From contig CAXXTU010000002.1 in the NCBI GenBank assembly GCA_963662655.2, positions 2,208,001-2,272,000 on the forward strand: DNA of 64,000 bases, in the 5' to 3' direction. Source of the stretch: Candidatus Cloacimonadales bacterium (GTDB lineage: Bacteria > Cloacimonadota > Cloacimonadia > Cloacimonadales > JAIOQZ01). The translations under genes were made by a program, and so were the position numbers. Below, piece by piece: positions 9,575 through 20,310 of this stretch (the stretch's first letter is position 1; every line of letters begins with the position of its first letter). The notes under the pieces were generated by a model. The model searched no databases. It had not been told where the DNA came from and was given only the letters and a program-made list of their open reading frames with translations.

Positions 9575-10597
9575 CTACTTGATTCTTGCTACACGTTCAC
9601 CCATATGGACGGATGTCTCGATTCTTATCTTTGATTTCTCGCTAATATCTGAGTCAATGGTGATCTTCCCAGGCTCGAACAGCAAAATAACGGTTGACCC
9701 GCCAAAGAAGAAATAACCCTTTTCTTCACCCTTTGCGACCGGATTTCCCGGGAGATATTCTTGCTTAATGCCACCTGTAAGCGTTGATCCCACTTCCATC
9801 ATCAGGACATCGCCAAGCGTGTTATTGCGAATCGTGCAATACTCGCGCTTGTTTTCGCTAAACGCCTTTGCCTTTTTGAGAAGAGCCAGGGGTGAAACGG
9901 AGTAGTATTTTCCTGCGATTTTCGTCGCTTCAGACGGTACTCCGTCCACCGGGAAATGGAATCGATGGTAATCGGCGGGACTTAGCCGAAAGATCAGCAT
10001 GGAGCCTTGCCTGTACTTCTCCGCGAGGGCGGGATTGCCCAGGAGTTCCTGCAGGTTATAATCGAAGCCTTTGATGGGGTATTTACGGTCCAGGCTTATA
10101 TCGCTGAATCCGAGGACTTTGGAATCGGCCGGAGAAACGATGGCGCAGCTGCTGCTTGCGATGGGACGAAACGCTAAGTCGATTCTCCGGGTGAAGAACT
10201 CGTTGAATGTGGTGAATCCTTCGATCGGCTGCGGAAAGGGCGTCATGTCTATCTCGAGTTGCTTGATGAATCCGGGTATTTTCTTCGCGCTGGAAGGCTT
10301 GTCCATCATTTTCCCGTAACAGTCCGAGACAAATTTCCGCGAGACCATGCCTTCCAGAGTCAGCTTACCCAACGGGGCATTGTACAGCCAACGAATCCAG
10401 TATTTGCCAGGAACGATTTCCTCTTTCATGGCTCCGGTCTCCCGGTCGTAGTAGTTTACCGGATCGTTCGTGTAGAGTGTGAAAAAGGCTGAAACGACGG
10501 TCACACCAATTAACAACAGAAGGCTGAATACAAACATGCCGGTGAAATTGTATTTAAATCTCGATTTCTTCTTCAGTTTAACTCGGGAATGTCCCAT
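9575..10597 (-). CDS. psd: Phosphatidylserine decarboxylase
   Basis: FNEFFTR, SPADS, FRLSPADYHRFHFP, ENKR and the GYFFFGGSTVILLF self-cleavage motif; N-terminal TM helix. Confidence 0.92.
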   Translation of the reverse strand: MGHSRVKLKKKSRFKYNFTGMFVFSLLLLIGVTVVSAFFTLYTNDPVNYYDRETGAMKEEIVPGKYWIRWLYNAPLGKLTLEGMVSRKFVSDCYGKMMDKPSSAKKIPGFIKQLEIDMTPFPQPIEGFTTFNEFFTRRIDLAFRPIASSSCAIVSPADSKVLGFSDISLDRKYPIKGFDYNLQELLGNPALAEKYRQGSMLIFRLSPADYHRFHFPVDGVPSEATKIAGKYYSVSPLALLKKAKAFSENKREYCTIRNNTLGDVLMMEVGSTLTGGIKQEYLPGNPVAKGEEKGYFFFGGSTVILLFEPGKITIDSDISEKSKIRIETSVHMGERVARIK

Positions 10598-10701
10598 TGC
10601 ACTTTCTCCTCAATTCATTGCAAACTAATTTAGCAGCTTCGCAATTTCCGGCAAGCTTTTTGAAGGGAGTTTTTCGAGATTGGAGGTCGCGCGCCCAAGC
10701 C

Positions 10702-10817
10702 GCGCGGCGGGACGGCGTTGGAAGCCTTACGGCTTCCTGCCTCCCTGTCCTTTGCAAACATTTGGTTTGCAAAGGACAGGGAGGCGTTTGCTTAGCAAAC
10801 ACGCCGTCCCGCCGCGC
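10702..10817 (+). repeat. Family A four-way-junction element, copy 1
   Basis: Outer stem GCGCGGCGGGACGGCGT/ACGCCGTCCCGCCGCGC encloses three perfect hairpins of 7, 21 and 6 bp. Confidence 0.85.
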
Positions 10818-10836
10818 TCGCTGGCGAGCGCGCAAA

Positions 10837-10865
10837 GAGCCCCGCGAGGATACCTCGCGGGGCTC
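10837..10865 (-). terminator. Hairpin after the giant gene, probable terminator
   Basis: GAGCCCCGCGAGG-ata-CCTCGCGGGGCTC is a perfect 13-bp stem with a short U tract on the minus strand. Confidence 0.6.
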
Positions 10866-10881
10866 GACAGACCGGTAACGG

Positions 10882-13800
10882 TTATTGGGTGGATTTGCGT
10901 AAGGAGCGGACAGCTTCTGTGCTGGCCGTGACGCGGTAATAACGATTTCCTGAAGGAAGCAGGCAATCCCATGATGTTGCGGCGGTGATTGCTTCCAGGG
11001 TCCATTGATCGCCTTGTGCAGTTGGATTCGAAATGGAATAGACTTTGTAGGATGTCGCCCCCGCGACGGAATCCCAGCTCAGGCTGACGTTCCCGCTTTG
11101 TATCGATATCCGCAGGTTTTTCGGTGCGCTCAGGATGCCGGTTGGTAACTGGAATTCGTGCGGATTCACCGGATCACCGATGATCTGATTGCTAACAATG
11201 CTCAGGGTGTCGTCCAGGTCGCAGAATTCACCCGTTTGCTCGTTCCAGGCCTTGAAAGTTACAGTATCGAAGTACTGGTTTGAGTACACCGTGAGGAAAT
11301 ATAGGTAATTTCCCTGTACCTGAATTGGAGAAGCGATTCCCCGGCATTCCTCTCCCACGAAAGCACCGATGACGATGTCCGGGTCGTTCAGAAGCACTTC
11401 ATCTAGCCAAAGGTTTCCTGTGATGTTCGCCGAATACTCGTAATCGAGCGGGTCGAGTTCCCAGCCCGGGATATCCGGTATCGCCGCGATGGCGCGTTGC
11501 GATGTCGCCTGACTGGTCAGTCCGCGCGTCAGGTTGTAGTCAGGGTAGTGGAACGAACCGGAATTCTGCGTGTTAAGCATGTAACCTTCTCCGGGATTCA
11601 TGAACAGCAGTGAACCGACCCAGCCGTAGCCTTCGATGAATTGAGCAAAGCCTTTCTGGCTCTTGATCAGATCGCCGGTCACCGGATTATCGATGTCGTC
11701 GAGCGCTTCGGTGACGCTTACGCTAACGTGCGGGATAAATCCAATCCAGTTCCATCCGCTTCCGTACGTGATACTCGCGGTATATGGGTCTTCCAACAAA
11801 CCGGTAAGCAGAAGCTCATCGTCTGTCGTGAGCTTGATCTTCACCATCTCGGTTGTCGATATCTCAGCCAGAGATCCAACCCATCCGACCCCGTCCACGT
11901 ACTGCGCGTATTCGGTCTGGTTCTTGATTAAATCGCCGGCAACCGGATTCAGGCTCGCGAGCAGCGAATCGACAGACATGGATGTCTGGTTATCCAGATT
12001 CGTGGAGAGCCAGGTCCAGCCCTGGTTGCAGGAGATTGAACGAACCAGATCCGGTTCTGCATGAACAACGGTTGGAGCAACCGGCGTCCCGTAAACCGCT
12101 CCTTCGAGGAACACAAAAGACTCCGCGATTCCATAATGCTCCTTGCATTCGGAGGCGTCCCACACACGGAAGATGATCTCCTCGCCGTACTCGATATCGC
12201 TCTGAACGGTGAGGAAGAAAGCATAGGTGTTCTCGAGGTACGGAACAAGCTCCGTCTGCGCGTAACCGTGGCAGACCAGATTCCCTTGCGCGTCTTCGAT
12301 AAACGCGCCGATAACATCGTTGAGATCGTTCGAGACGACGCCTTCGATAGACATTTGCCCGGTGATCGACATCGAATAATCGTAGCCCCCGATCATCTGC
12401 ATCGACCACGCGGGAGGGTCGGCCAGCACCCCGATCTCGATTACCAGCGGTTCCGATCCCAGTCCGGGGATATTGGCGTAAATCGTATCGCGATAGGTGC
12501 CGAAACCAAGTTGCTCGCTGATGGTGAAGGTCAAAACCTCCGAATCCAGCGGCAACAACGATCCGGACATGGGATTGACGGTAAGCCACACCGGGATGCT
12601 CTCGATGGCGAATGACGAAAGTTGTCCGCCACTGTTGATCAACTGGTTGGTCAGAAGCATCTCCTCTCCCAACGGCTTGATGATCTCCATCTTCGTTGTT
12701 TCCCAGTATACCGGGTTGGCGTTTACGAAGAATTCCCACTCCACCGGCGCTTCGAGCGCGTTGCCGTACAGGTCGTTAACATTCGAAACCGTCACCTCAA
12801 GCGTCTGGTTCTCAATGAAGTGGTTCGCGCTGAGGATCGTAACGACAATCTTGTTCTCGAAACAGCCTACGCCGTATACCACATCGCCGATTCCTCCGAT
12901 AATATCGACCGATACATTCTCGATCGTGACGCTCAAAGGATCGATCAACTCGTCGAAAAAGATGGAAATCTCATCTCCCCTTTGCAGGATTCCGTCGGCA
13001 GGTTCAGGGAGCCCAAGAACCTCCGGACTGTGCTGGTCGATTACGCCGGGAACCGGGGCTGTGTAATACACTCCCAGCAAGCTGTCCACCGCCGCGGCAC
13101 GAATCTCGTACGCATCGTCGCTGAGTTGGTCCACGTACCACGGATAGCGGATGTAATGCGGGGCGGATTCCAGCTCCTCGCGCAGGATTTCGAATCCCGG
13201 ATTCCATATCGTCTCTTCCAGGCGTTTGTACTGGAGCTTGAGCGAATAGAACGAAGGTTTGTCCGTATCGTATTCGCTCAGCAGGACAAACAAGCTGTCT
13301 CCGGCGGCCTGATTGATGATCCAGTTCTCGTGAGGCGACTCAATCGCAACACGGCTGTACGGCGCTTCCCAGGAAACGTCGAACGAGCGCTCGAACTCGA
13401 AGAAGTGGTCGTCTGGGCCATCGTTGCCCCGGTCGCCTTCGCTGTAGAATAGGAGGGTGAGATCATTGTAAACATACTCGGTAGGCCCCTGGCCGACCGT
13501 CATGACCGCCTGGACAGCGCTGTTCCCAAGAACGTCGAACGCCATCGCATCCTCGACCGGCACACCGTTGATCCTGATTTCCGCGCCGTGGGGATTCGTC
13601 TCATTCATCACCGAGAGGTAGTATCGGCGATCCTCGCCCGTCTGGCTCGTGTTGCCCAATGTAAGGACGAATGCGGCCTCTTCTCCTTCAAGAAGGCCGG
13701 TCTCGGTATACCTGTTTGCCGACATGGTCACGCCCTCGCGCGGTTGCGTGTTGGGCTCCCACGGGCAGGATGAAGCGCCCGAAACCAGTTCGAACACCGG

Positions 13801-16800
13801 CGTACCATAGACCGGGTCCACCAGTACATCCACGGTGAAATAGTCAGCGAGCTCGTTCAGATCCGAGGTTTCGTCGTCGTCCGCGAGGGTGAATGACGTC
13901 GTTGTGGTCGTTGTTGTTTCGGAGCTGCTGGATTTGCCTATCGTTACAGCCGTACTGAACTGATAACCCACTTCGCCACCGATTCCGTCTACCGTTCCGC
14001 CAATTTCCAGGCCGAACTCGCCGCTTACCGTGCTGGTGAATTCTATCGTCGCTCCTTCCGTGGATTCGCACTCTTCTTCGTAGGTGTATCCCGCTCCCGC
14101 GTTGAACGAGAGGTTCTCGGGATGATTCGGATTCGGAAGGGCGTTCGCCTTGTTCGTCTCGTTCATATCGAGGAAGCTCTGCCACAAATCGGCGCTCTCC
14201 GCATCTCCGATGGTGATGAGGTTGGGGATAACCGTATTGCGTATCTGATTGTCCGTATATACGTAGACGGTCGCGAATCCGTTGGGGGAGACCATCACGC
14301 TGGTCTCGACATCCACGCTTTGGGTCGTATCATTGTAGCTGATTTCGTTCGTCACGCCCCATATCAGGTTGAGCGCACCGCCGACGAAGAGGTCGGATCC
14401 GTCACCGATAACCTGATCTTCTTCCGATGTTGCATATTCGGTCGAGGTGGTGAACGTGAGCGTCTGTTCCATGCTTTCGGTTTGCTCCGTTCCCACGGTG
14501 ATGCCCATTCCTATGTCCGCCACGATGTCCACTTCGTGCTCCACGCTCATCACGGCGCAACCCGTTTCCCAGGTGAAATCCGGCCCGAGATGAATGTTCA
14601 TGTAGGCGTTGTGCTCCTGACTGGTGCAGACAGCCGCTTCGAAGGAGATGGAGTGACTGCTGCTCTGCGAGAACACGCCCTGGCTGGCGTCTCCGGGAGG
14701 ATCGTGAAGAACCAGGAACGGAATGTCCGGCGATGTTGAGGCGTAGGTAGATTCGAGCGGCTTCACGCCTTCGGTGAGAGCCCAGTCCGTTTGAATGACC
14801 GCGTTGTCGAGGTTGGGATCGTCCACGCGGAATTCGATGCTGTTCTGGTATTGCCGGTTGAATCCGCTGAGCGTGTTGGGCAAGTGCGGTGCGAAACGGT
14901 AAATAACGGATGTTTCACCAGCGAAGTCATGCACGGTTTCGCCCTGCGTTCCGATGTCGTCCTGTACGGTCAGCTCGCAATCCGTGAGCCATGTGACGTG
15001 ATCGGTGAATGAGCCGAAATTGTAGTCTTCAAACGCGCCGATCTCGATCTCGTACCAGATGTTCTGCTGCAACACGTAGAACGGATATTCGGGATACTCC
15101 GCAAACGTGTGTGCTGACAGCGTATCCGGCCATGTGACGCTGATTTCCATGGGAGCTCGCCAAACGTAGGTGAGGGTGTCGGTCACTTCGTCGGGATTCA
15201 GAAGGTCCAGCGCGGCAGTCTTCATGTTCTGGAACTGGTTGTCGATGACCAGGCCGAACGGATCGGAGCCTCTGGGCTCGACGGTTACATTGTAGCTGAG
15301 CGGAGGTACGTTGGTGACCAGATGGGTGCCGTCGAGCCAGCTACCTGTGGTTATCGTGTCACGGTAGCACCCGCAAACCGAATTCAGGTAGATATCAAAT
15401 TCTCCTAACGGCCAGCGGTCGCTTCCGCCTACGACTTCACATCGGAACTGCGTCCGCAGGATGTCCTCGAAATTGATATTGGTGCGCGGATAGGTGACAA
15501 CGCCCAAATCCCAGGTGCGATTCATGGGATGTTCGTTGTAGCTTACCGAGAGTTGGGTATTCTGGCCATGTTCCACTTCCATCGTGTAGTACCCATCTTC
15601 GTCGGTGGTTACGACAGGGATGGTCGTCTCGCCGTTCAGGAGGATCGTGGCTCCATCCACCGCGCAATTCGTTCCCATGAAGATCGCCCTGCCGGTGATG
15701 GGGATCAGCGAGTTATCCGTGAAATCGATGCCGTTCTGCGCGATATTGCTCTCGCTCAGGGTCACGTTGCGCGATTCCGGCTGGAAAAGGTGGCCGGTCT
15801 TGCTGGGGGTAACGGCGAAGGTCGTTACTGCACCGTACGGTATCTGATTAATCTCGTACTCGCCCCACTCGTCCGAGATCGCGCCCAATTGGATATCCGG
15901 ATCGGCAAGCGACCAGTCTGGATTGGCGATTGCGCCGTTGTGGGCGTTGCTGGTGCCGTCGTAGGCGACGCTTCCGGTTCCCTCGTTGAGCGGCCAGTAA
16001 CCTTCAAGTCCCTGCGAATCCCAGGCGACGACGATATTCATGGCTGTCATGATATCGTCCTGCGTACGCGCCGTGCTCCAAACGCGGATGTCGTCGATGT
16101 ATCCCGCGTATCCGGCGCCCGAGACGATGTTCCCGCTCAGCGGGGCGTTCATCAGGAAGGTGCTGTTGGAAGCAACTTCGATACCGTCGATGTAGAGGTA
16201 TGTCGAGGTATTGGCATAGTCGCTGACCATCGCGATATGATGCCAGCCGTTGTCGGAGACGTCGACCGAATCGACAACCTCGGTTATCGTGTGGACTCCA
16301 TCGGTATAGGATAGCGCGCCTCCGCCAATGCTGAACCCGTGGTTCCCCTGGGAGATGACGGGAGTGTTGGCAAGCGGCGTGCGCAGCCAGAGCTCGAAGG
16401 TGCAGTCGTAGGCGTTGTCGCACAGCGGATCCTCGATTTCGAATGAAGAATTTTCGTCGAGTTCCAAGCAGAATCCGTTCGATGGATTGATGGATACTTT
16501 GACGCCGGCAACCGGATTGTTGTTGCTGGTCGTAATCGTTCCGGTGATGACGCCGTTGGGTTTCAGATAGCCGGAATCGCAGTTGGAATCGCCTTCCTCG
16601 TTTCCGTAATATGACTGGACATAGTAGTTGTAGACCTGGCCGGGAACGGCGGTGTAATCCGAATAGGCGTGAGTCTGGCCTTCGAGGGTCACGATGCTGA
16701 TATCGTTCCTGAAAACGCGGAAGCCGGTGGGGACCATATCGTAATCGGGATTGAAGTCCCATAAGAGTTGAACGTATCCCGGATACTCGTTGGCTCCGTC

Positions 16801-19800
16801 CGAGGCGGCCAGATGCCCGGGAGCGAGGTAACCCTGGTGTTCGTACGCGCCCATGTCGACGCGGTCGAATGACGACTCGTCATGCGCGTAGATGCGCGGA
16901 TTGCCGAGAATATCGTTTGCCGGAAGGGCGAGTCCCGTTGTGTCCTCCGTCGCAACGTTGATACAGAACGACCATGCCTCGAGGTCGTAGGGATCGTCGC
17001 CGGATTCCTTGAAATCGGGATCGACGTCGATGTTACCGTCTCCGGCATAACCGCCTTCGATGTCCGACCACGTGATTTCCGTGAGGGTACCGTTCACAGG
17101 ATAGACCGGATCGTTTCCGTTGCCCCAGACGACGCAGTTGGTGATAACGGGCTGGGGATTATGGGTGGAGAAGTTGAGCGCGCCGGAGCCAAGATTCGAG
17201 TTGCCGGCGATCGTGCAGTTTATCAGGCTCACCTCCGACTCGTTGCTGCAGATCGCCCCACCGTCGTCCGGGCAGTAGTTTTCGGCAATGAGGCATCCGG
17301 TCATGTGAAGGTTTGTGTTGTCCAGGTAGATCGCGCCGCCGTCGTCGTAGCTGCTACCATACAAAAGCTTGCAATTGACGAACGTCAAATCCTCGTAGTC
17401 TTCCGCATGGATAATGCCGCCGTCGTTGTGAGAAACATAGTTTCCGGTCAGAAAGTCGGGATAGCTTATGTAGCTTTGCTGTCGGGAGTATTCGATGGTA
17501 CAGTATTCGAAGTGGGAAGATGAAGGGATATCGTCCATGACATCCCGGAAGATGAGGCCACACCACGTTTCGTATTCGGAAGTACGGGTGAATGTTATGG
17601 GCTCGTTGGCGGTTCCGTCCGCGATCAGGTTGCCATAAACGATGAATTCAGAATTGATTGACATGTCGATGGTTACGCCCGGATCGATCGTCACCGTAAA
17701 GCCGGGATAGATGTAGAATCTCCCTTGGAGCGTCTGATCTTCTTCGATTACGGTTCCATCAGGGATGTTGTTGTATCCGAATACCTCGTAAGCTCCGATG
17801 TCGATGCGGTCAAGGGCGTCGTCCAGGCTGCCGACAGCGACTTCGCTATCCATAAAGCGTCCGAAACCGTCGAGTCCTTCCAGCGCTACCCCACTCATGG
17901 AAGTATTGGGATCGCCAGCGTTGATACATGGTGAATTGGAACCCAGTTTCCACGGGAGGTCGCCCGTCTCGCGGAAATTCGGCTGTAAATCAAAGCAGTG
18001 AAGGTAGCTGCCGCCGACCTGCCCCTGATCCTGATACGAGAAGCCTGCCATTCCGCCTTCGATATCGCAGTAAGTGAAATTGATCGCGCTGTATTCCTGA
18101 AAGCTCATCTGATTGCCGTCGGAAGCGGTGTTTCCCCATATGATACAGTTCTTTATGTATCCGTAGACGCTGTAGTAGTACAAACCTCCACCGTGCTCCA
18201 TAGCTGTGTTGCCGGCGATGGTACAGTTGAGGAGATTGACGTCGCAGAGTGTCCAGAGCGCGCCACCCTCCCTGGCGGTGTTATCGACAAACAGGCAGTT
18301 CGTGAACCAGTTTGCGGAGGTGGACCCGCTTTGCGAGACGGCGCCTCCCTTGTTTTGGCATTCGTTGTTCTTGAAGATGCAATTGATGAAGTCGGTATCG
18401 GAGTCGTAAAGGTTGACCGCTCCACCGTCGGCATCGGCGTAGTTGTTCTCGAACACACAGTTTTCTATTACCGGCGTGCCGTGTCCGATGTATATGGCTC
18501 CGCCTTTACCATTGGTTGCTGGCGCGCGGTTGTTCCTGAAAGCACAGTCCTTAACGAGGACTTTATCGACATTGTAGAAAAGGATTCCTCCTCCTTGTAT
18601 ATCGAGTCCACTTCCTCCGGTTTTCCCATTTTCGATAATGCAGTGAATGACTTTGCTGCTGTCATTTGTCGTTGGGGTATTGTAGAAACGTATCGCTCCC
18701 CATCCTGTCGAGGCATCAGCCGTGAAACGAATCGAATCCTGGTGAGAACCGATGGCAAGTAAGCGTCCGTCGATATCGAGCTTATATCGTCCCAGAAATC
18801 TGACGGTCACCCCCGGTTCGATCGTCAGCGTGGCACCGCTTTCAACTGTGATATCGGCGGCGATGTAGATCGTTTCGTCCGACCACACGGTGTCCGAAGC
18901 GATCGATCCGCCCTGTACCTCGTAAGCTGGGATGCCGCTTCCGACCCAATCGGTGTCGTCCATGTTCTGCAGGAATCCCGTATTGCCGTTAGCGATGTCG
19001 TTGAGCTCGGCGCTGGAACCTTCATTGAACTTCCAGCATGCGACAAGGCCGTCTTCGTCGCCCTGAAGGCTGCCATACATTTCCATGCCGATCTCGCTTG
19101 TGGAGAGTGCGCGACTGTAGATATGAAGCTCGTCGATGCAGCCCTCCATGTTGTTGGTAAGTCCCGATCGGTAGATTCCGCCTATCGTCGAGCGGTCGAA
19201 GTTTATCGCTTGCCTGGTGTAACTGAAGTCTGTAGGATCTTCCGTGCCGTCAATATAGAGGTGGGCGTCGCCGTTGTTGTCCGTGAAACAAACGTGATGC
19301 CATGTATCGTCGAACACCACGCCAGCGGATTGGGCTGTATTGATAACGGAGCCCGTCGCGGTGCGAATGTATATCCTGAATGTTCCATCGTGCCCCTGGC
19401 CGAAGCAGAAGAGCGGGTCGTTAACGCCCGTCGTGGATTCGGAGTAGATGCGATCATCGTAGACGGGGGGAGACTTCACCCATGCGCTGATGGTCAACTG
19501 GCTTCCGTTTCCGTAGATCGGCAATCCGCAGTTCTGTTCGACAACAACATAGTCGTCGATTCCGTCGAAATCCAGGGTGGTTCCGGCCAGGACGCCGGTA
19601 GCGGGGATCGTGGAGGCGTGACGCGTGTCTTCACCCATGCCAAACATGTCTCCGTCGCAGGATCCGGCACTATCGTAAACGTATAGCTGGAAGGTCTCGT
19701 CAAGATTCCAGAGCGCAAGGAGCCCGGACTCGGATCCAGTGAGTGATTGAAAACGATTGGCCTTGATCTCTTCCTGCGTTCGAACATCGTTCCACAGGCG

Positions 19801-20292
19801 CACTTCATCGATGAAGCCGTCCATGGTCTCGCTGTAGCCGCTGATCTCGTAATCGCCATTGAACGAATACAGCCCTCCGACAGGCGCAGTTCCTTCACCG
19901 ATCAGGTTACCGTTCAAATAGAGCTTCAAGGTTGTGCCGTCGTAGGATGCGGCAACGTGCTGCCAGGAATCAACCGGCATAACCTGCGGGACTATGATGC
20001 TTTCGAGAAGACCGTCTGATTGCTTGATGATAAATTCCAGGCTGTTATTGTTTTGACAGCGGAGAATAACCGTTTGGGCCTTGAGCGCAACATATCGCTG
20101 GTTCGAGGTGACGTCGCCATTGTGTTTGACCCAGCATTCGAGAGTGAACTCGCTCATGCTCGATGGTATTCCGGAGCCGAGAACGAAGTCGTCAACGCCG
20201 TCGAATTCCAGACAGTTTCCCGGGAAATCCGCATAGAGCAGCGCTCCCGCAACGATGAAAAGGATAAGAAACAATACGTTTGTGCCTTTCAT
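10882..20292 (-). CDS. Giant 3136-aa exported multidomain protein (3 LamG-like, 2 beta-helix regions, FN3/Ig-like modules, DPPG region, C-terminal FN3-like domain)
   Basis: Signal peptide; LamG motifs (FDGVDDFV, WQHVAASYDG, GFIDEVRLW); GGAI..N..F..N beta-helix repeats ending in SPCINAG...DIGAYE; repeated GWxW and YxYSxxITG modules; AGGAG RBS. Confidence 0.9.
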   Translation of the reverse strand: MKGTNVLFLILFIVAGALLYADFPGNCLEFDGVDDFVLGSGIPSSMSEFTLECWVKHNGDVTSNQRYVALKAQTVILRCQNNNSLEFIIKQSDGLLESIIVPQVMPVDSWQHVAASYDGTTLKLYLNGNLIGEGTAPVGGLYSFNGDYEISGYSETMDGFIDEVRLWNDVRTQEEIKANRFQSLTGSESGLLALWNLDETFQLYVYDSAGSCDGDMFGMGEDTRHASTIPATGVLAGTTLDFDGIDDYVVVEQNCGLPIYGNGSQLTISAWVKSPPVYDDRIYSESTTGVNDPLFCFGQGHDGTFRIYIRTATGSVINTAQSAGVVFDDTWHHVCFTDNNGDAHLYIDGTEDPTDFSYTRQAINFDRSTIGGIYRSGLTNNMEGCIDELHIYSRALSTSEIGMEMYGSLQGDEDGLVACWKFNEGSSAELNDIANGNTGFLQNMDDTDWVGSGIPAYEVQGGSIASDTVWSDETIYIAADITVESGATLTIEPGVTVRFLGRYKLDIDGRLLAIGSHQDSIRFTADASTGWGAIRFYNTPTTNDSSKVIHCIIENGKTGGSGLDIQGGGILFYNVDKVLVKDCAFRNNRAPATNGKGGAIYIGHGTPVIENCVFENNYADADGGAVNLYDSDTDFINCIFKNNECQNKGGAVSQSGSTSANWFTNCLFVDNTAREGGALWTLCDVNLLNCTIAGNTAMEHGGGLYYYSVYGYIKNCIIWGNTASDGNQMSFQEYSAINFTYCDIEGGMAGFSYQDQGQVGGSYLHCFDLQPNFRETGDLPWKLGSNSPCINAGDPNTSMSGVALEGLDGFGRFMDSEVAVGSLDDALDRIDIGAYEVFGYNNIPDGTVIEEDQTLQGRFYIYPGFTVTIDPGVTIDMSINSEFIVYGNLIADGTANEPITFTRTSEYETWCGLIFRDVMDDIPSSSHFEYCTIEYSRQQSYISYPDFLTGNYVSHNDGGIIHAEDYEDLTFVNCKLLYGSSYDDGGAIYLDNTNLHMTGCLIAENYCPDDGGAICSNESEVSLINCTIAGNSNLGSGALNFSTHNPQPVITNCVVWGNGNDPVYPVNGTLTEITWSDIEGGYAGDGNIDVDPDFKESGDDPYDLEAWSFCINVATEDTTGLALPANDILGNPRIYAHDESSFDRVDMGAYEHQGYLAPGHLAASDGANEYPGYVQLLWDFNPDYDMVPTGFRVFRNDISIVTLEGQTHAYSDYTAVPGQVYNYYVQSYYGNEEGDSNCDSGYLKPNGVITGTITTSNNNPVAGVKVSINPSNGFCLELDENSSFEIEDPLCDNAYDCTFELWLRTPLANTPVISQGNHGFSIGGGALSYTDGVHTITEVVDSVDVSDNGWHHIAMVSDYANTSTYLYIDGIEVASNSTFLMNAPLSGNIVSGAGYAGYIDDIRVWSTARTQDDIMTAMNIVVAWDSQGLEGYWPLNEGTGSVAYDGTSNAHNGAIANPDWSLADPDIQLGAISDEWGEYEINQIPYGAVTTFAVTPSKTGHLFQPESRNVTLSESNIAQNGIDFTDNSLIPITGRAIFMGTNCAVDGATILLNGETTIPVVTTDEDGYYTMEVEHGQNTQLSVSYNEHPMNRTWDLGVVTYPRTNINFEDILRTQFRCEVVGGSDRWPLGEFDIYLNSVCGCYRDTITTGSWLDGTHLVTNVPPLSYNVTVEPRGSDPFGLVIDNQFQNMKTAALDLLNPDEVTDTLTYVWRAPMEISVTWPDTLSAHTFAEYPEYPFYVLQQNIWYEIEIGAFEDYNFGSFTDHVTWLTDCELTVQDDIGTQGETVHDFAGETSVIYRFAPHLPNTLSGFNRQYQNSIEFRVDDPNLDNAVIQTDWALTEGVKPLESTYASTSPDIPFLVLHDPPGDASQGVFSQSSSHSISFEAAVCTSQEHNAYMNIHLGPDFTWETGCAVMSVEHEVDIVADIGMGITVGTEQTESMEQTLTFTTSTEYATSEEDQVIGDGSDLFVGGALNLIWGVTNEISYNDTTQSVDVETSVMVSPNGFATVYVYTDNQIRNTVIPNLITIGDAESADLWQSFLDMNETNKANALPNPNHPENLSFNAGAGYTYEEECESTEGATIEFTSTVSGEFGLEIGGTVDGIGGEVGYQFSTAVTIGKSSSSETTTTTTTSFTLADDDETSDLNELADYFTVDVLVDPVYGTPVFELVSGASSCPWEPNTQPREGVTMSANRYTETGLLEGEEAAFVLTLGNTSQTGEDRRYYLSVMNETNPHGAEIRINGVPVEDAMAFDVLGNSAVQAVMTVGQGPTEYVYNDLTLLFYSEGDRGNDGPDDHFFEFERSFDVSWEAPYSRVAIESPHENWIINQAAGDSLFVLLSEYDTDKPSFYSLKLQYKRLEETIWNPGFEILREELESAPHYIRYPWYVDQLSDDAYEIRAAAVDSLLGVYYTAPVPGVIDQHSPEVLGLPEPADGILQRGDEISIFFDELIDPLSVTIENVSVDIIGGIGDVVYGVGCFENKIVVTILSANHFIENQTLEVTVSNVNDLYGNALEAPVEWEFFVNANPVYWETTKMEIIKPLGEEMLLTNQLINSGGQLSSFAIESIPVWLTVNPMSGSLLPLDSEVLTFTISEQLGFGTYRDTIYANIPGLGSEPLVIEIGVLADPPAWSMQMIGGYDYSMSITGQMSIEGVVSNDLNDVIGAFIEDAQGNLVCHGYAQTELVPYLENTYAFFLTVQSDIEYGEEIIFRVWDASECKEHYGIAESFVFLEGAVYGTPVAPTVVHAEPDLVRSISCNQGWTWLSTNLDNQTSMSVDSLLASLNPVAGDLIKNQTEYAQYVDGVGWVGSLAEISTTEMVKIKLTTDDELLLTGLLEDPYTASITYGSGWNWIGFIPHVSVSVTEALDDIDNPVTGDLIKSQKGFAQFIEGYGWVGSLLFMNPGEGYMLNTQNSGSFHYPDYNLTRGLTSQATSQRAIAAIPDIPGWELDPLDYEYSANITGNLWLDEVLLNDPDIVIGAFVGEECRGIASPIQVQGNYLYFLTVYSNQYFDTVTFKAWNEQTGEFCDLDDTLSIVSNQIIGDPVNPHEFQLPTGILSAPKNLRISIQSGNVSLSWDSVAGATSYKVYSISNPTAQGDQWTLEAITAATSWDCLLPSGNRYYRVTASTEAVRSLRKSTQ

Positions 20293-20310
20293 GGATTACT
20301 CCTTTGTATG

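Noticed and set aside
10578..11005. Several short ORFs on both strands with similar translations
   Set aside because: Artefacts of the palindromic family A element.
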